A DNA stretch of 64,000 nt from contig CAXXHA010000036.1 of assembly GCA_963662265.2 (NCBI GenBank), forward strand, positions 32,001 through 96,000, read 5' to 3'. The notes below the pieces were generated by a model, which searched no databases, was not told where the DNA came from, and worked only from the letters and a program-made list of their open reading frames with translations. This DNA comes from Spirochaetia bacterium. GTDB lineage: Bacteria; Spirochaetota; Spirochaetia; CADAEX01. Position 1 is the first letter of the stretch, and each line of letters opens with the position of its first letter. The position numbers were made by a program, and so were the translations under genes. This document shows, in pieces, positions 29,894-39,647 of this stretch.

Positions 29894-30964
29894 ATGAATA
29901 AAAAGCCTTTGATTCTTGTAATAAATCCCGGTTCCACTTCTACCAAGCTTGCGCTGTTTGATGGTGAGGATACAAGAAAAGAAATAAATATAAAACACAG
30001 CCATGAAGAGGTTGACCGGAGTAAATCTGTAAACAGCCAGATAGAAATGAGGACTTCTGCAGTTGAAGAATTTCTTGCAGATTCCGGCATTGATTTAAAC
30101 AGCCTTGACTGCATCATGGCCAGGGGAGGGCTTCTTAAGCCTCTCGAGGGGGGTGTTTACAGGATAGACAGGAATATGTGTGATGATCTGTTTTCCGGAA
30201 ATTACGGGGAGCATGCATCAAATCTTGCCGGCCTTATTGCCTCGAGACTTTCTGACAAGTCAGGAGTTAAAGCCTTTATTGCCGATCCTGTTGTTGTTGA
30301 CGAGCTTAACCCGCTTGCCAGGTATTCAGGTCACCCTGAAATAAAAAGGAGAACAGTGTTTCACGCTCTAAATCAGAAGGCTGTTGCAGATCTTCTCGAG
30401 AAAGAGACAGGTCTTAAGAAAGAGGAGAGTGTTTTTATAATTGCCCACATGGGCGGTGGGATCAGCATTGGAATTCATGAAAACGGAAGAGTTACTGATG
30501 TAAACAATGCTATTGATGGAGAAGGTCCTTTTACACCTGAAAGGACAGGAGAGCTGCCTGTTCTTTCTGCTGTAAAGTATTTCATGGACAGGAATATGAA
30601 TTATTCAGAAATTAAAAATTTTATCGCAAGGTCGGGAGGACTTCTTGCATACCTGGGAACTACAGATTTTTCTGAAATTGCTGAAAGGGCAAAGACTGAT
30701 CCGGACTGGCATGAGGTAATTGAAGCTCTCGGCTATCAGATTTCAAAGACTATCGCTTCCCTTTCTGCAGTTACACATGGAAGGGTAGATGCAATTGCGC
30801 TTACAGGCGGGCTCTCCTATTCAAAAACACTGACGGGGATAATAAAGAAAAGAGTTTCGTTTCTTGCCCCTGTTTATCTCTATCCTGAAAGCGAAGAGAT
30901 GAAAGCTCTTGCAATGAATGGTATTTCTGTTTTAAATGGAGAACGGGAGATAAAGAAATATTAG
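29894..30964 (+). CDS. buk: Butyrate (branched-chain carboxylate) kinase
   Basis: INPGSTSTKLA, RGGLLKP, HASNLAG, DPVVVDE, FHALNQKA, HMGGGISIG, GEGPFTPER. Confidence 0.93.
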   Translation: MNKKPLILVINPGSTSTKLALFDGEDTRKEINIKHSHEEVDRSKSVNSQIEMRTSAVEEFLADSGIDLNSLDCIMARGGLLKPLEGGVYRIDRNMCDDLFSGNYGEHASNLAGLIASRLSDKSGVKAFIADPVVVDELNPLARYSGHPEIKRRTVFHALNQKAVADLLEKETGLKKEESVFIIAHMGGGISIGIHENGRVTDVNNAIDGEGPFTPERTGELPVLSAVKYFMDRNMNYSEIKNFIARSGGLLAYLGTTDFSEIAERAKTDPDWHEVIEALGYQISKTIASLSAVTHGRVDAIALTGGLSYSKTLTGIIKKRVSFLAPVYLYPESEEMKALAMNGISVLNGEREIKKY

Positions 30965-31774
30965 ATGATTTTTATTTATGCAGCTCTGCTTTTTCTGATT
31001 TCATTTGTAATCGGTATTGTAGCGGTAATAGGGGGAATAGGGGGCGGCTCTATCTTTGTTCCTGTAATTTCCGCTTTTTTCCCTTTCAGTTTTGATTTTG
31101 TCAGGGGGGCTGGCCTTTTTGTTGCTCTCGGGAGTTCTCTTTCAGCCGGACCCAGGCTTATTGAATCGGGGTATGCCAGGCTTAGACTTGCTCTCCCGTT
31201 TGCACTTTCAGGCGCAGTTTTCTCAATCCTGGGAGCAAGGGCAGGCCTGCTTCTTGATGATGTAACAGTTAGTTTTATTCTGGGCATACTCATGATATTT
31301 GTATCGTTTTTCATGCTCTTCAAAAAAGGGGGCAGAAAAGAGGGTGATCCTTCAGGCGATGATTTTTCCTTTAAAGATCTTTTCTCGTCCGGTAGGAGAG
31401 TCAGGACAATAAGTGCTTTTATAAGTTTTTCATTTATAGGATTTATTGCAGGGATGTTCGGTCTTGGAGCAGGTTGGGCAGGTGTGCCTGTTCTCAATCT
31501 TCTTGTCGGAGCCCCCTTGAGAATTGCTGCAGGGACAAGCAATATAATTATTTCTGTAAATGTTTCATCTGCAATCTGGGTCTATCTGAAAAACAATGCA
31601 GTATTTCCTCTTATAGCAATTCCCTCTTTTCTGGGAATGTTTATCGGATCACGAATAGGTGCATCGCTTCTCGGGAAAGTAAAGCCCGGGTTTATCCGGA
31701 TCGCAGTTATTCTTTTCCTCCTGTTTTCAGGGGGGCGGCTTGCATATACCAATGCCTGTCTGTTATTCTTTTAA
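30965..31774 (+). CDS. TSUP (TauE/SafE) family permease
   Basis: GIGGGSIFVP and GMFGLGAGW..VP internal repeat, highly hydrophobic. Confidence 0.85.
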   Translation: MIFIYAALLFLISFVIGIVAVIGGIGGGSIFVPVISAFFPFSFDFVRGAGLFVALGSSLSAGPRLIESGYARLRLALPFALSGAVFSILGARAGLLLDDVTVSFILGILMIFVSFFMLFKKGGRKEGDPSGDDFSFKDLFSSGRRVRTISAFISFSFIGFIAGMFGLGAGWAGVPVLNLLVGAPLRIAAGTSNIIISVNVSSAIWVYLKNNAVFPLIAIPSFLGMFIGSRIGASLLGKVKPGFIRIAVILFLLFSGGRLAYTNACLLFF

Positions 31775-31788
31775 AAAAGAGGGTTGTT

Positions 31789-32136
31789 TTGTCTGACAGA
31801 AATATTGAAAGAAAATATCCCAGGTTTTTTTCTACTGTCGTAAGGGTGCTTCTCATACTGATGGTTGTCTCATTTATATTCAATGCGGCAGAATTTGCCC
31901 TGGACAGGAACAAGGCATCAGCAGCTTCCGCTGCAGCATTCACAGGCGGCAGTATTCCTGATTCATTAACAGGTACAGTTTTAATGGCTGCTGTCAGGCT
32001 GCTTTCCGGATCGCTGATTATTACATTTACATATCTCTCATCCCTTTTTTTCAGGGAAAAGGAATATGTCTATTCAGCTGTTACAGCTGCCCTTGTAATA
32101 ATTATTTCAATTTCAGCAGTTTCATCTTTCTTCTAA
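31789..32136 (+). CDS. Small membrane protein (DUF1634-like TSUP partner)
   Basis: TTG start after GAGGG RBS; three hydrophobic segments, FFREKEYVYSAVT motif; directly after the TSUP gene. Confidence 0.55.
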   Translation: MSDRNIERKYPRFFSTVVRVLLILMVVSFIFNAAEFALDRNKASAASAAAFTGGSIPDSLTGTVLMAAVRLLSGSLIITFTYLSSLFFREKEYVYSAVTAALVIIISISAVSSFF

Positions 32137-32155
32137 AATCTTCAAGGAGAATTTT

Positions 32156-33004
32156 TTGGATTATCTTATATCAGTATCCCATTCAGATTTTCACAGATTC
32201 AGGAACAATATGGACAGGATCATCGAGATCTGTACAGTATCGGGCTTTCCCGGTATTGAGGGGCATCACAGCCTTTTTGAGGGACTTGATAATTCAGAAC
32301 TTGAAGAGGCAGGGGAAGACTTGAGAGACGGCAATGTCAGAATTCCCACTTTTCATCTTCCCGGTTCATTAACTGATAAACTAAACCTTGTGAGCCCTGA
32401 CATTGATAATGGAGAGACTGCGGTGAAAATCTATGAAGAGTGGATTGAAAAAGCTGCTCTTATAGGATTTAAAAAAGCTGTAATACACGGAACCACACAG
32501 TTTGAAAATACAAGGCAGACAGAATTCGGCATCCTGTTTGACCGGTTTTCATCAAGGTTTGAAAAAATTCTTGAAGCAGCACAGAAACATGGTGTTGTAA
32601 TTGCTCTCGAAAACCAGAACCCTTCAGTGGATGGAAGGTTCAGTTCAAGGGCTGAACATCTTCATGCTGTGCTGAAAAGGTTTGAATCAGAATTCTTCGG
32701 TTTCTGTTTTGATTTCGGCCATGCTTATATAGCTTATTCCAATAATTTATCAGAGCTCTACGATGTCATGCAGGGGCATATCGAAGCTGTTCATGTTCAC
32801 GGCAACTACGGGAAGGATGATATTCATCTTCCGCCGGGATACGGAAATGCAGACTGGGACATTGTAAAAACATATCTGAAAAAAATAAATATACCCTTTG
32901 TCGATATAGAATCATCGCCTCATCCTTCTCTTGAAAATTTTTTCCCTTCTGACTGGAAAAAACTCTATACAGAAGTCTGTGAGCTGTTCGGACATGGTAT
33001 CTGA
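32156..33004 (+). CDS. Sugar phosphate isomerase/epimerase (xylose-isomerase-like TIM barrel)
   Basis: ALEN, CFDFGHA, HVHGN.GKDDIHLPPG.G metal-binding motifs. Confidence 0.8.
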   Translation: MDYLISVSHSDFHRFRNNMDRIIEICTVSGFPGIEGHHSLFEGLDNSELEEAGEDLRDGNVRIPTFHLPGSLTDKLNLVSPDIDNGETAVKIYEEWIEKAALIGFKKAVIHGTTQFENTRQTEFGILFDRFSSRFEKILEAAQKHGVVIALENQNPSVDGRFSSRAEHLHAVLKRFESEFFGFCFDFGHAYIAYSNNLSELYDVMQGHIEAVHVHGNYGKDDIHLPPGYGNADWDIVKTYLKKINIPFVDIESSPHPSLENFFPSDWKKLYTEVCELFGHGI

Positions 33005-33119
33005 TAATAATATTTCAGCCTGATAATCTTCAGAAAATCATCACATATTTTTTTAATTACTATAAAAAAAAATAATATAATCATGCTATAATCTAACATT
33101 AAATTTACAGGAATTTGGG

Positions 33120-36100
33120 ATGAAGAAAGTTATCAGCTATTTTGCGGAAAGGCACCTTCTTGCAAACTTTATCATAGCGGGAGTCATAATCGGGGCTGTT
33201 TTTTCCTGGCAGATGATCGGCAAGGAAGATATGCCTGATGTGACTTTTGATTTCATGAGAATAACTACAAGTTATAAAAATGCGACACCTGAAGATGTTG
33301 ATTTTTTCATAACTTCGGAAATAGAAGACTCCCTGAAGGGACTCAGCGGAATAAAAAAAATTACAAGCACATCATCAGGATCAAGAAGTTCCATTTCAGT
33401 TGAGCTTGAAGATGATAAGGAAGAAAGAGCTTCTGTCATATCAAATATTCAGACAGCTGTTCTTTCAGTAGATCTCCCCGGAGATGCCGGGACCCCCTCT
33501 TTCCGCCAGTTCAAGACATCTGAAAGAGCTATTATTGATATCGCGATTGTAAAAAAAGATACTGAATTCCTTGGAAAGAGGGACAGGGAAGAGCTTCAGG
33601 ACTTTGCAGTTTCTCTTCAGTCAAGGCTTGAAACACTTCCGACCATAAGGGAAGTTACGATTTCCGGAGAACTGGACAGAGAGATCCTGATTCAGCCTGA
33701 TCCTGTTCAGATGAGTTTTTATGATATTTCTGTCAATGAAATAATTGATGCTCTTGAATCAGGAAATGTTCGTACCCCGCTTGGAGTGCTTGATAACGGG
33801 GAAGAGATTAAAGTATCAATGATTTCAGAACTTGATTCAATTGATAAAATCAGGAACCTGATTGTCAGGGGTACTTTTGAGGGCACTGTTGTCCGCCTGG
33901 GGCAGATTGCATCTGTAAATGAGGATTTCACGGAAAATACATCTATCGTGAAATTCAACGGGAGGGAAGGTGTCAGGCTCAATGTTGTAAAAAAAGCAGA
34001 CAGCAGTATACTTGATTCCAATCTTGAGGTTGTCAATGAAGTTGAAAAAATCAGCTCTTCGATGTCGGAATCTGATATTGAACTGATTCTGATGGATGAT
34101 GAATCAGAATCAGTAAGGGAAAGGCTTTCTCTTGTCTCAATTAACGGACTTATAGGATTTATTCTGATCCTGCTGACATTGTTTATCTTTCTCAGCTTTT
34201 CAAGCGGTATCTGGGTTGCTGCAGGAATTCCTTTCAGTTTCAGCTTTACTCTGCTGTTCCTCTATCTTGCCGGCTACACTATAAACAACATGACACTGGC
34301 TGCAATTATTATTGTCATGGGGATGATTGTTGATGATGCCATAGTTGTCGCGGAAAATGTCACAAGGCAGATAAGTTCAGGAATTCCGAGAAAAAAGGCA
34401 GTTATTGAAGGGACTGATTATGTTGTGAAGCCTATAATTGCCAGTATCGTGACTACCTGTGTCGCTTTTCTTCCCCTTTATTTCTTTTCAGGCCATTTCG
34501 GTAAATTTGTTTTCTTTATTCCGCTGGTTATCATACTGATGCTGGGGGGAAGTCTTTTTGAGGCGCTTTTTATCCTGCCGTCTCATCTTTCTGTGAAATT
34601 CCCGTGGGAAAGGGAGGGAAAAAAAAGAAGGAAACACTGGTTTGAATATGTTGAAAAACTGTACGGAATATTTCTGGAGCATATTCTAAAGATGAGGTTC
34701 CTTGTTTACATATTTTTCATACTCCTGATTGCCGGCTCTTTTTATATTGCAAAAGAAAAAATGAAATTTGTCATGTTCCCGCGGGAAGAAGCAACCTCTG
34801 TTAGGGTAGATGCATATGCCCCTGACGGAACAGACAGGTATGAAACAGCAGCAATGGCTGCAGATGTCGAGAATATTTTTATCCCTTATCTGGGTAACGA
34901 GGTTAAATCATTCAGGACAAATATAGCACGAAGTAGGAGGGGCGGGGCTGTTGAAGATAACAGGTTTACCATGCGTATTGAGATAGTAAATGCGGATAAA
35001 AGGGAAAAATCGCTTAAACAGCTTACTTCCGAATGGAACAGGGAAATAAAGAAGCTCAAAGGGTTTAAAGAGGTCAAAATACTCAGAAGCAGGTTCGGCC
35101 AGTCAAGCGGAAGTGCTGTAGAGATAAAAGTGCAGGACAATAACGCCGGGGTCAGAAACGGTGCTGCCGAGCTTGTAAAAGAGAGACTCTCTGCTTTTGA
35201 AAGCATATCAGAGGCGGAAGTTGAAAAGCCCAAGATGAATTCCGAATACCATGTTGAAATTGATTCCGGAGCGCTTAATAAGCTTTCTGTTTCTGAATCA
35301 TCTGTTGTGACTGTTCTGAAAACAGCTCTCAACGGGATAAATGTTTTTGATATAAGCAGGGACGGAACTGATATTGAGGTCAATGTTATTCTTCCCGGAA
35401 TAAATACAGACAGTATTGAAAAAATCATGTCGCTTACAGTGAACAACAGAAACGGCTACTCTGTCCCTCTGTACAGCCTTATCAGCTACAGTGAAGTGAG
35501 AATGGCAGATTCTGTAAACCGTGAAGACTTTGTCAGAACTGTCAGGGTTTACGGGGATCTCAAAGAGGGTAGTTCTGTTACTCCGCTTCAGATAGCAGGG
35601 ATCCTGGAATCAGGAGTGTTTAATGAGGTCCAGGCAGAATACCCGACAGCATCTCTCAGTTTTGCCGGTGAGATTGAAGATTCACGGGAATCTGGCAATG
35701 AAATAATCTATTCTGTTACTGCTGTAATAATACTGATATATATCATACTGGCGCTTCTCTTCAATTCACTCTACAAACCTTTCATGATACTCCTTGCAGT
35801 TCCTTTCGGAGTTGCAGGGGTAATTTATGCGCTCTATTTTCACGAAATTACGCTTTACGGATTTTTCTCTGCAATCGGGGTTATAGGTCTTTCAGGTGTA
35901 GTTATAAATGATGCAATTGTCCTGATTGTGAAACTTGAAAGGGAATTGGACGGAAAAAAAGATATTACTGTCAAAGATATTGCAGATATAGCAAGGACAA
36001 GACTTAGGGCTGTTTTCCTGACTACAATCACAACAGTTGCAGGTCTTCTTCCCACTGCATACGGAGTTGCAGGGTATGACTCAATGCTTTCAGATATGAT

Positions 36101-36332
36101 GCTTGTGATGGCCTGGGGACTTATTTTCGGAACACTTATAACTCTTGTTCTTATTCCAATGCTGTATCTTTCGATTGTAAGAATCCAGGGAAGGTATGCA
36201 GGTATTATAAATCCCGGCTCTTATCAAAACAATTCCGGGGAAAAACAAGACGGCTTTTCCGGTGATATTCCGGGACATGCATTATCTGCGGAAATCAGCT
36301 GCCCAAATACTGAAAACGGAGAGCGACTATGA
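33120..36332 (+). CDS. RND efflux transporter permease (AcrB/AcrD/AcrF family)
   Basis: GMIVDDAIVVAEN, GVVINDAIV, RLRAVFLTT.TTV.GLLP; 1070 aa. Confidence 0.92.
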   Translation: MKKVISYFAERHLLANFIIAGVIIGAVFSWQMIGKEDMPDVTFDFMRITTSYKNATPEDVDFFITSEIEDSLKGLSGIKKITSTSSGSRSSISVELEDDKEERASVISNIQTAVLSVDLPGDAGTPSFRQFKTSERAIIDIAIVKKDTEFLGKRDREELQDFAVSLQSRLETLPTIREVTISGELDREILIQPDPVQMSFYDISVNEIIDALESGNVRTPLGVLDNGEEIKVSMISELDSIDKIRNLIVRGTFEGTVVRLGQIASVNEDFTENTSIVKFNGREGVRLNVVKKADSSILDSNLEVVNEVEKISSSMSESDIELILMDDESESVRERLSLVSINGLIGFILILLTLFIFLSFSSGIWVAAGIPFSFSFTLLFLYLAGYTINNMTLAAIIIVMGMIVDDAIVVAENVTRQISSGIPRKKAVIEGTDYVVKPIIASIVTTCVAFLPLYFFSGHFGKFVFFIPLVIILMLGGSLFEALFILPSHLSVKFPWEREGKKRRKHWFEYVEKLYGIFLEHILKMRFLVYIFFILLIAGSFYIAKEKMKFVMFPREEATSVRVDAYAPDGTDRYETAAMAADVENIFIPYLGNEVKSFRTNIARSRRGGAVEDNRFTMRIEIVNADKREKSLKQLTSEWNREIKKLKGFKEVKILRSRFGQSSGSAVEIKVQDNNAGVRNGAAELVKERLSAFESISEAEVEKPKMNSEYHVEIDSGALNKLSVSESSVVTVLKTALNGINVFDISRDGTDIEVNVILPGINTDSIEKIMSLTVNNRNGYSVPLYSLISYSEVRMADSVNREDFVRTVRVYGDLKEGSSVTPLQIAGILESGVFNEVQAEYPTASLSFAGEIEDSRESGNEIIYSVTAVIILIYIILALLFNSLYKPFMILLAVPFGVAGVIYALYFHEITLYGFFSAIGVIGLSGVVINDAIVLIVKLERELDGKKDITVKDIADIARTRLRAVFLTTITTVAGLLPTAYGVAGYDSMLSDMMLVMAWGLIFGTLITLVLIPMLYLSIVRIQGRYAGIINPGSYQNNSGEKQDGFSGDIPGHALSAEISCPNTENGERL

Positions 36333-37756
36333 AACATCACTGCAGACTTGCACTGCTTTTTCTGATTTTTATCTTTACTTCCTGGTATGCTGCCTCAGAA
36401 TCAGGACCTGAAAATATTAAAGAGAATAAACAGCTTTCGCTGGATGATTTCATTAAACTCAGCTGTGAATCAAATCCAGAATTCAGGAAAATCATTATAG
36501 ACCGTCTCTATCTTGAATACAGTGATGATCTCAACCTCGATATGGGAGAACTTATTGCAGGATTTGAAACCGGGTATCTTTATTCACTTGATACAGACAA
36601 AGACGGATTTACCGGGGGTGTCACAGTAAGCAGGCTTTTTGCAGAAACAGCCACTGAAGTCTCATCAGAATATAATACAGCTCCGGTAAATGCGGAAAGG
36701 AGTTCCTCCCTTAATTTTAAAATATCCCAGGAAATTGCGGAAAACAGCTTCGGCAGAAAGTGGCGGCTTGAAAAAGAATCCAATGATTTTAAAAAGGAAC
36801 TGATACTCTATAAAACTGCGGAAGCTTATGAGGATTATTTTTATTACCTGGTCACTCTTTACTATAACTGGATTAGTTCCTGGCGAGAACTTGAATCTGC
36901 GGAAAAATCATACAGGGAAAGTCAGAAACTGTTTGATAATATTGTTTTGAGATTGAAAAGCAGAATAGCCGATCAGGAAGATGTCAACCGTTCAGAGCTC
37001 CAGCTTCTGTCAAAAATGGAAGATGTTTCTACTGCTGAAAACAAGTATGAAAAAAACACTATAACTGTGTATGATGCGGCAGGAATTTCTGCCGGTTCCG
37101 GCTTTATCCCTTCTGCAGGGGATGCGGGATTTGATTATTCAGGTGAAGAAATATTTAAAAACAGCAGCATGAAAAAGGGTAGCAGAACATACAGAATCCT
37201 TGATATTTCCGAGAAAATAGGTATTAAAAATGTGGAAATCGGGAAGAACAGTCTTCTTCCCGGGATATCAATGTTTACCTCTTTTTCCCTTTCCGGTGCA
37301 GAGTACAGTTTCTCCGGCGACAGGGAAAGAGTATTGAGTCTCGGGCTGGAACTTAAAGATATCGGGAAGGACAGGAAGGAGAAAGCAGAACTCGAAACAG
37401 CAGGAATTGATCTTGAAAAGATAAGACTTGAAAACAGGATAACCAGGAAAGACCTTGATATTAAACTCCTTGCCTATTCAAAGGATATTGAGAACAGGAT
37501 CCGGCTTGCGGAAATTTATGAGAAGAAAAAGGTTCTTGCGGAAAAAATACTCGAGCAGGAGAGAAAACTCTACAGCATAGGCAAGACAGATCTCAGCAGC
37601 CTTATAGATGCCATAAATACACTCGACCAGAACAGGAAGAAAAAGCTTGATTATGAATCTGAACTGAATATTCTAATCGCAGGATGGCTGAATCTCACAG
37701 ATTCCCTTGTAAGTGAAAAAGAAGCAGGAAGTTCCGGTTTCAGATCAGCTTTTTAA
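36329..37756 (+). CDS. TolC-family outer membrane efflux protein
   Basis: Signal peptide, LSLDDFI...SNP, two helical repeats; ATGA overlap with the RND gene. Confidence 0.8.
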   Translation: MKHHCRLALLFLIFIFTSWYAASESGPENIKENKQLSLDDFIKLSCESNPEFRKIIIDRLYLEYSDDLNLDMGELIAGFETGYLYSLDTDKDGFTGGVTVSRLFAETATEVSSEYNTAPVNAERSSSLNFKISQEIAENSFGRKWRLEKESNDFKKELILYKTAEAYEDYFYYLVTLYYNWISSWRELESAEKSYRESQKLFDNIVLRLKSRIADQEDVNRSELQLLSKMEDVSTAENKYEKNTITVYDAAGISAGSGFIPSAGDAGFDYSGEEIFKNSSMKKGSRTYRILDISEKIGIKNVEIGKNSLLPGISMFTSFSLSGAEYSFSGDRERVLSLGLELKDIGKDRKEKAELETAGIDLEKIRLENRITRKDLDIKLLAYSKDIENRIRLAEIYEKKKVLAEKILEQERKLYSIGKTDLSSLIDAINTLDQNRKKKLDYESELNILIAGWLNLTDSLVSEKEAGSSGFRSAF

Positions 37757-38007
37757 AACACCAAATTAAATATAGCTTGTAAATCCCCTTTCATTAGAAT
37801 ATTTAAATAATATTCTCAACCCGGATTATATAGTTTTTCAGTGCGGAATTCGTTTGTTTTTTCCTATTCAAAGGATTAAAATTTGAAGAGTGAGGGACCT
37901 GCCCCTTATCGGGAAACAGGAAAGCCTGTTTTCATTGCTTTTCTATTTTGCTTCATGGGACAGATACCTGTATTCTTACTTTTCATTTTTGCATACAGGA
38001 AGGAATC

Positions 38008-38784
38008 ATGAAATACTGCACCATTACAGATACAGGAAAAATCCGAAAGAACAATGAAGATTATATAGCGGTTTTTGACAATTACAGCAGCTATGGAATT
38101 GAATCAATTAATACTGAAGAACATGGGAAGCTTTTTGTGCTGTGTGACGGCATGGGAGGTGTTCCGGGCGGTGAAGTTGCCAGTAAAATGGCATGTGAAA
38201 TGCTGATGAAGGAATATTATACAACTGACCGATCTGATTATGAAAACTGTGAAGATACCGGGTATCTGCTTTCCCTGATGATAAAGGATATCAGCCGGAG
38301 GATAATGATACACGGGCTCAACAATACCAGGTATTACGGAATGGGAACAACACTTGTGTCTCTGCTTGTCAAGGATGAAGAGTCCTATATCAACTCTGTA
38401 GGAGACAGCAGGCTCTATTGTTTCAGGGACAATGACCTCAGGCAGATTACTGAAGACCAGTCTCTGGTCTGGACTCTTTATAAAAAGGGTATATTAACAA
38501 AGGATGAACTCCGCCTTCATCCGGAAAACAACATACTTACCTATGCTGTGGGTTCAGAAGTCTACCTTACTGCAGATAATGTTAACCGGTACTGCTGCCC
38601 CCATAAGAAGGGGGATCTTTTTCTGATATGCAGTGACGGACTTACAGATATGGTATCTGAAATGGATATACAGGCTATTCTTGAAGCTGATGATGAAATA
38701 GAAAAAGCTGCAGACAGGCTTCTTGAAACAGCTCTTCTGGAAGGGGGGAAAGACAATATAAGCATGGTGCTTGTCAGGATTTGA
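38008..38784 (+). CDS. PP2C-family Ser/Thr phosphatase (Stp1/PrpC-like)
   Basis: TDTGKIRKNNED, CDGMGG, GMGTT, VGDSR, CSDGL, GGKDNIS; ATG 38008. Confidence 0.92.
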   Translation: MKYCTITDTGKIRKNNEDYIAVFDNYSSYGIESINTEEHGKLFVLCDGMGGVPGGEVASKMACEMLMKEYYTTDRSDYENCEDTGYLLSLMIKDISRRIMIHGLNNTRYYGMGTTLVSLLVKDEESYINSVGDSRLYCFRDNDLRQITEDQSLVWTLYKKGILTKDELRLHPENNILTYAVGSEVYLTADNVNRYCCPHKKGDLFLICSDGLTDMVSEMDIQAILEADDEIEKAADRLLETALLEGGKDNISMVLVRI

Positions 38785-38837
38785 TTGACAGGGCTGCAGT
38801 TTTCCGCATAACAGACTCATTCCGGCTGGAATTCAAT

Positions 38838-39326
38838 TCAGTACTGTGTAAGCTCCCCCTCTATTGAAAGACCCGGAAAGCCAAGCTGTCTCAGCGCTTC
38901 GTATGCTGCAATTGCGGCTGAGTTTGAAAGGTTCAGAGATCTTGATTCCTGTTTCATCGGAATTCGTATGCATCTTTCGTAATTATCATGAAGCAGTTTT
39001 TCCGGCAGCCCTTTTGTCTCCTTTCCGAAAAAAAGATATGAATTTTCTGTGTACTTAGCTTCTGTATATTTTTTTCTCCCTTTTGTTGTCACGAAAAAAC
39101 AGTCTTCAGGTTTCCTTTTCTTCATAAAGTCATCCAGGTTTTCATATATTGTAACACTAACCTGGTTCCAGTAATCAAGACCGGCCCTTTTCAGATACCT
39201 GTCATCAACTGAAAAACCAAGCGGTTTGATTAGATGAAGATTTATCCCTGTTGCAGCGCATGTTCTTGCTATATTTCCTGTATTCTGCGGTATTTCAGGT
39301 TCTACAAGCACTATATTTAATCCCAT
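38838..39326 (-). CDS. trmL: tRNA (cytidine/uridine-34-2'-O)-methyltransferase
   Basis: PEIPQNTGNIARTC, RAGLDYW, FGKETKGLP, RSLNLSN. Confidence 0.95.
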   Translation of the reverse strand: MGLNIVLVEPEIPQNTGNIARTCAATGINLHLIKPLGFSVDDRYLKRAGLDYWNQVSVTIYENLDDFMKKRKPEDCFFVTTKGRKKYTEAKYTENSYLFFGKETKGLPEKLLHDNYERCIRIPMKQESRSLNLSNSAAIAAYEALRQLGFPGLSIEGELTQY

Positions 39327-39380
39327 TGAATCCTCCGTCCGAAATTATAGATATATTAACATGGAGTATAAAGAGTACAT

Positions 39381-39647
39381 TTGAATTTAAAGAAAAAAAA
39401 AGCCTGGTACATATATATTATTGAGTGTGCAGACGGAACATATTATACTGGAATAACTACAGATACAGAAAGACGGATTGCTGAACACAATACATCAGGT
39501 ATTAAAGGTGCCAGATATACACGTGCAAGAAGACCTGTAAAACTTGTTTACTCCGAAAGAGTATCAGGCAGGTCGGAAGCTCTTAAACGGGAGAGCCGGA
39601 TTAAAAAAATGAGCAGAGCTGTAAAGGAAAAGCTTGTTTCCCGCTGA
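39381..39647 (+). CDS. GIY-YIG nuclease family protein (UPF0213)
   Basis: YIYIIECADGTYYTGIT...GARYTRARRPV...ALKRE..IK. Confidence 0.9.
   Translation: MNLKKKKAWYIYIIECADGTYYTGITTDTERRIAEHNTSGIKGARYTRARRPVKLVYSERVSGRSEALKRESRIKKMSRAVKEKLVSR

Noticed and set aside
31474-31788. N-terminal half of the 220-aa ORF
   Set aside because: Overlaps the TSUP gene out of frame; a TTG start with RBS at 31789 is more plausible
37886-37935. GAGGGACCTGCCC plus hairpin upstream of the PP2C gene, resembling a SAM-I or c-di-GMP riboswitch fragment
   Set aside because: Lacks the SAM-I P1 (ATC...GAT), GCAAC and GTGC elements and the GEMM core; only a short hairpin (GAAACAGG-AAAG-CCTGTTTT) is supported
39381-39647. 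GIY-YIG gene as a homing endonuclease or mobile element
   Set aside because: Stand-alone 88-aa UPF0213-type protein with no intron or element context
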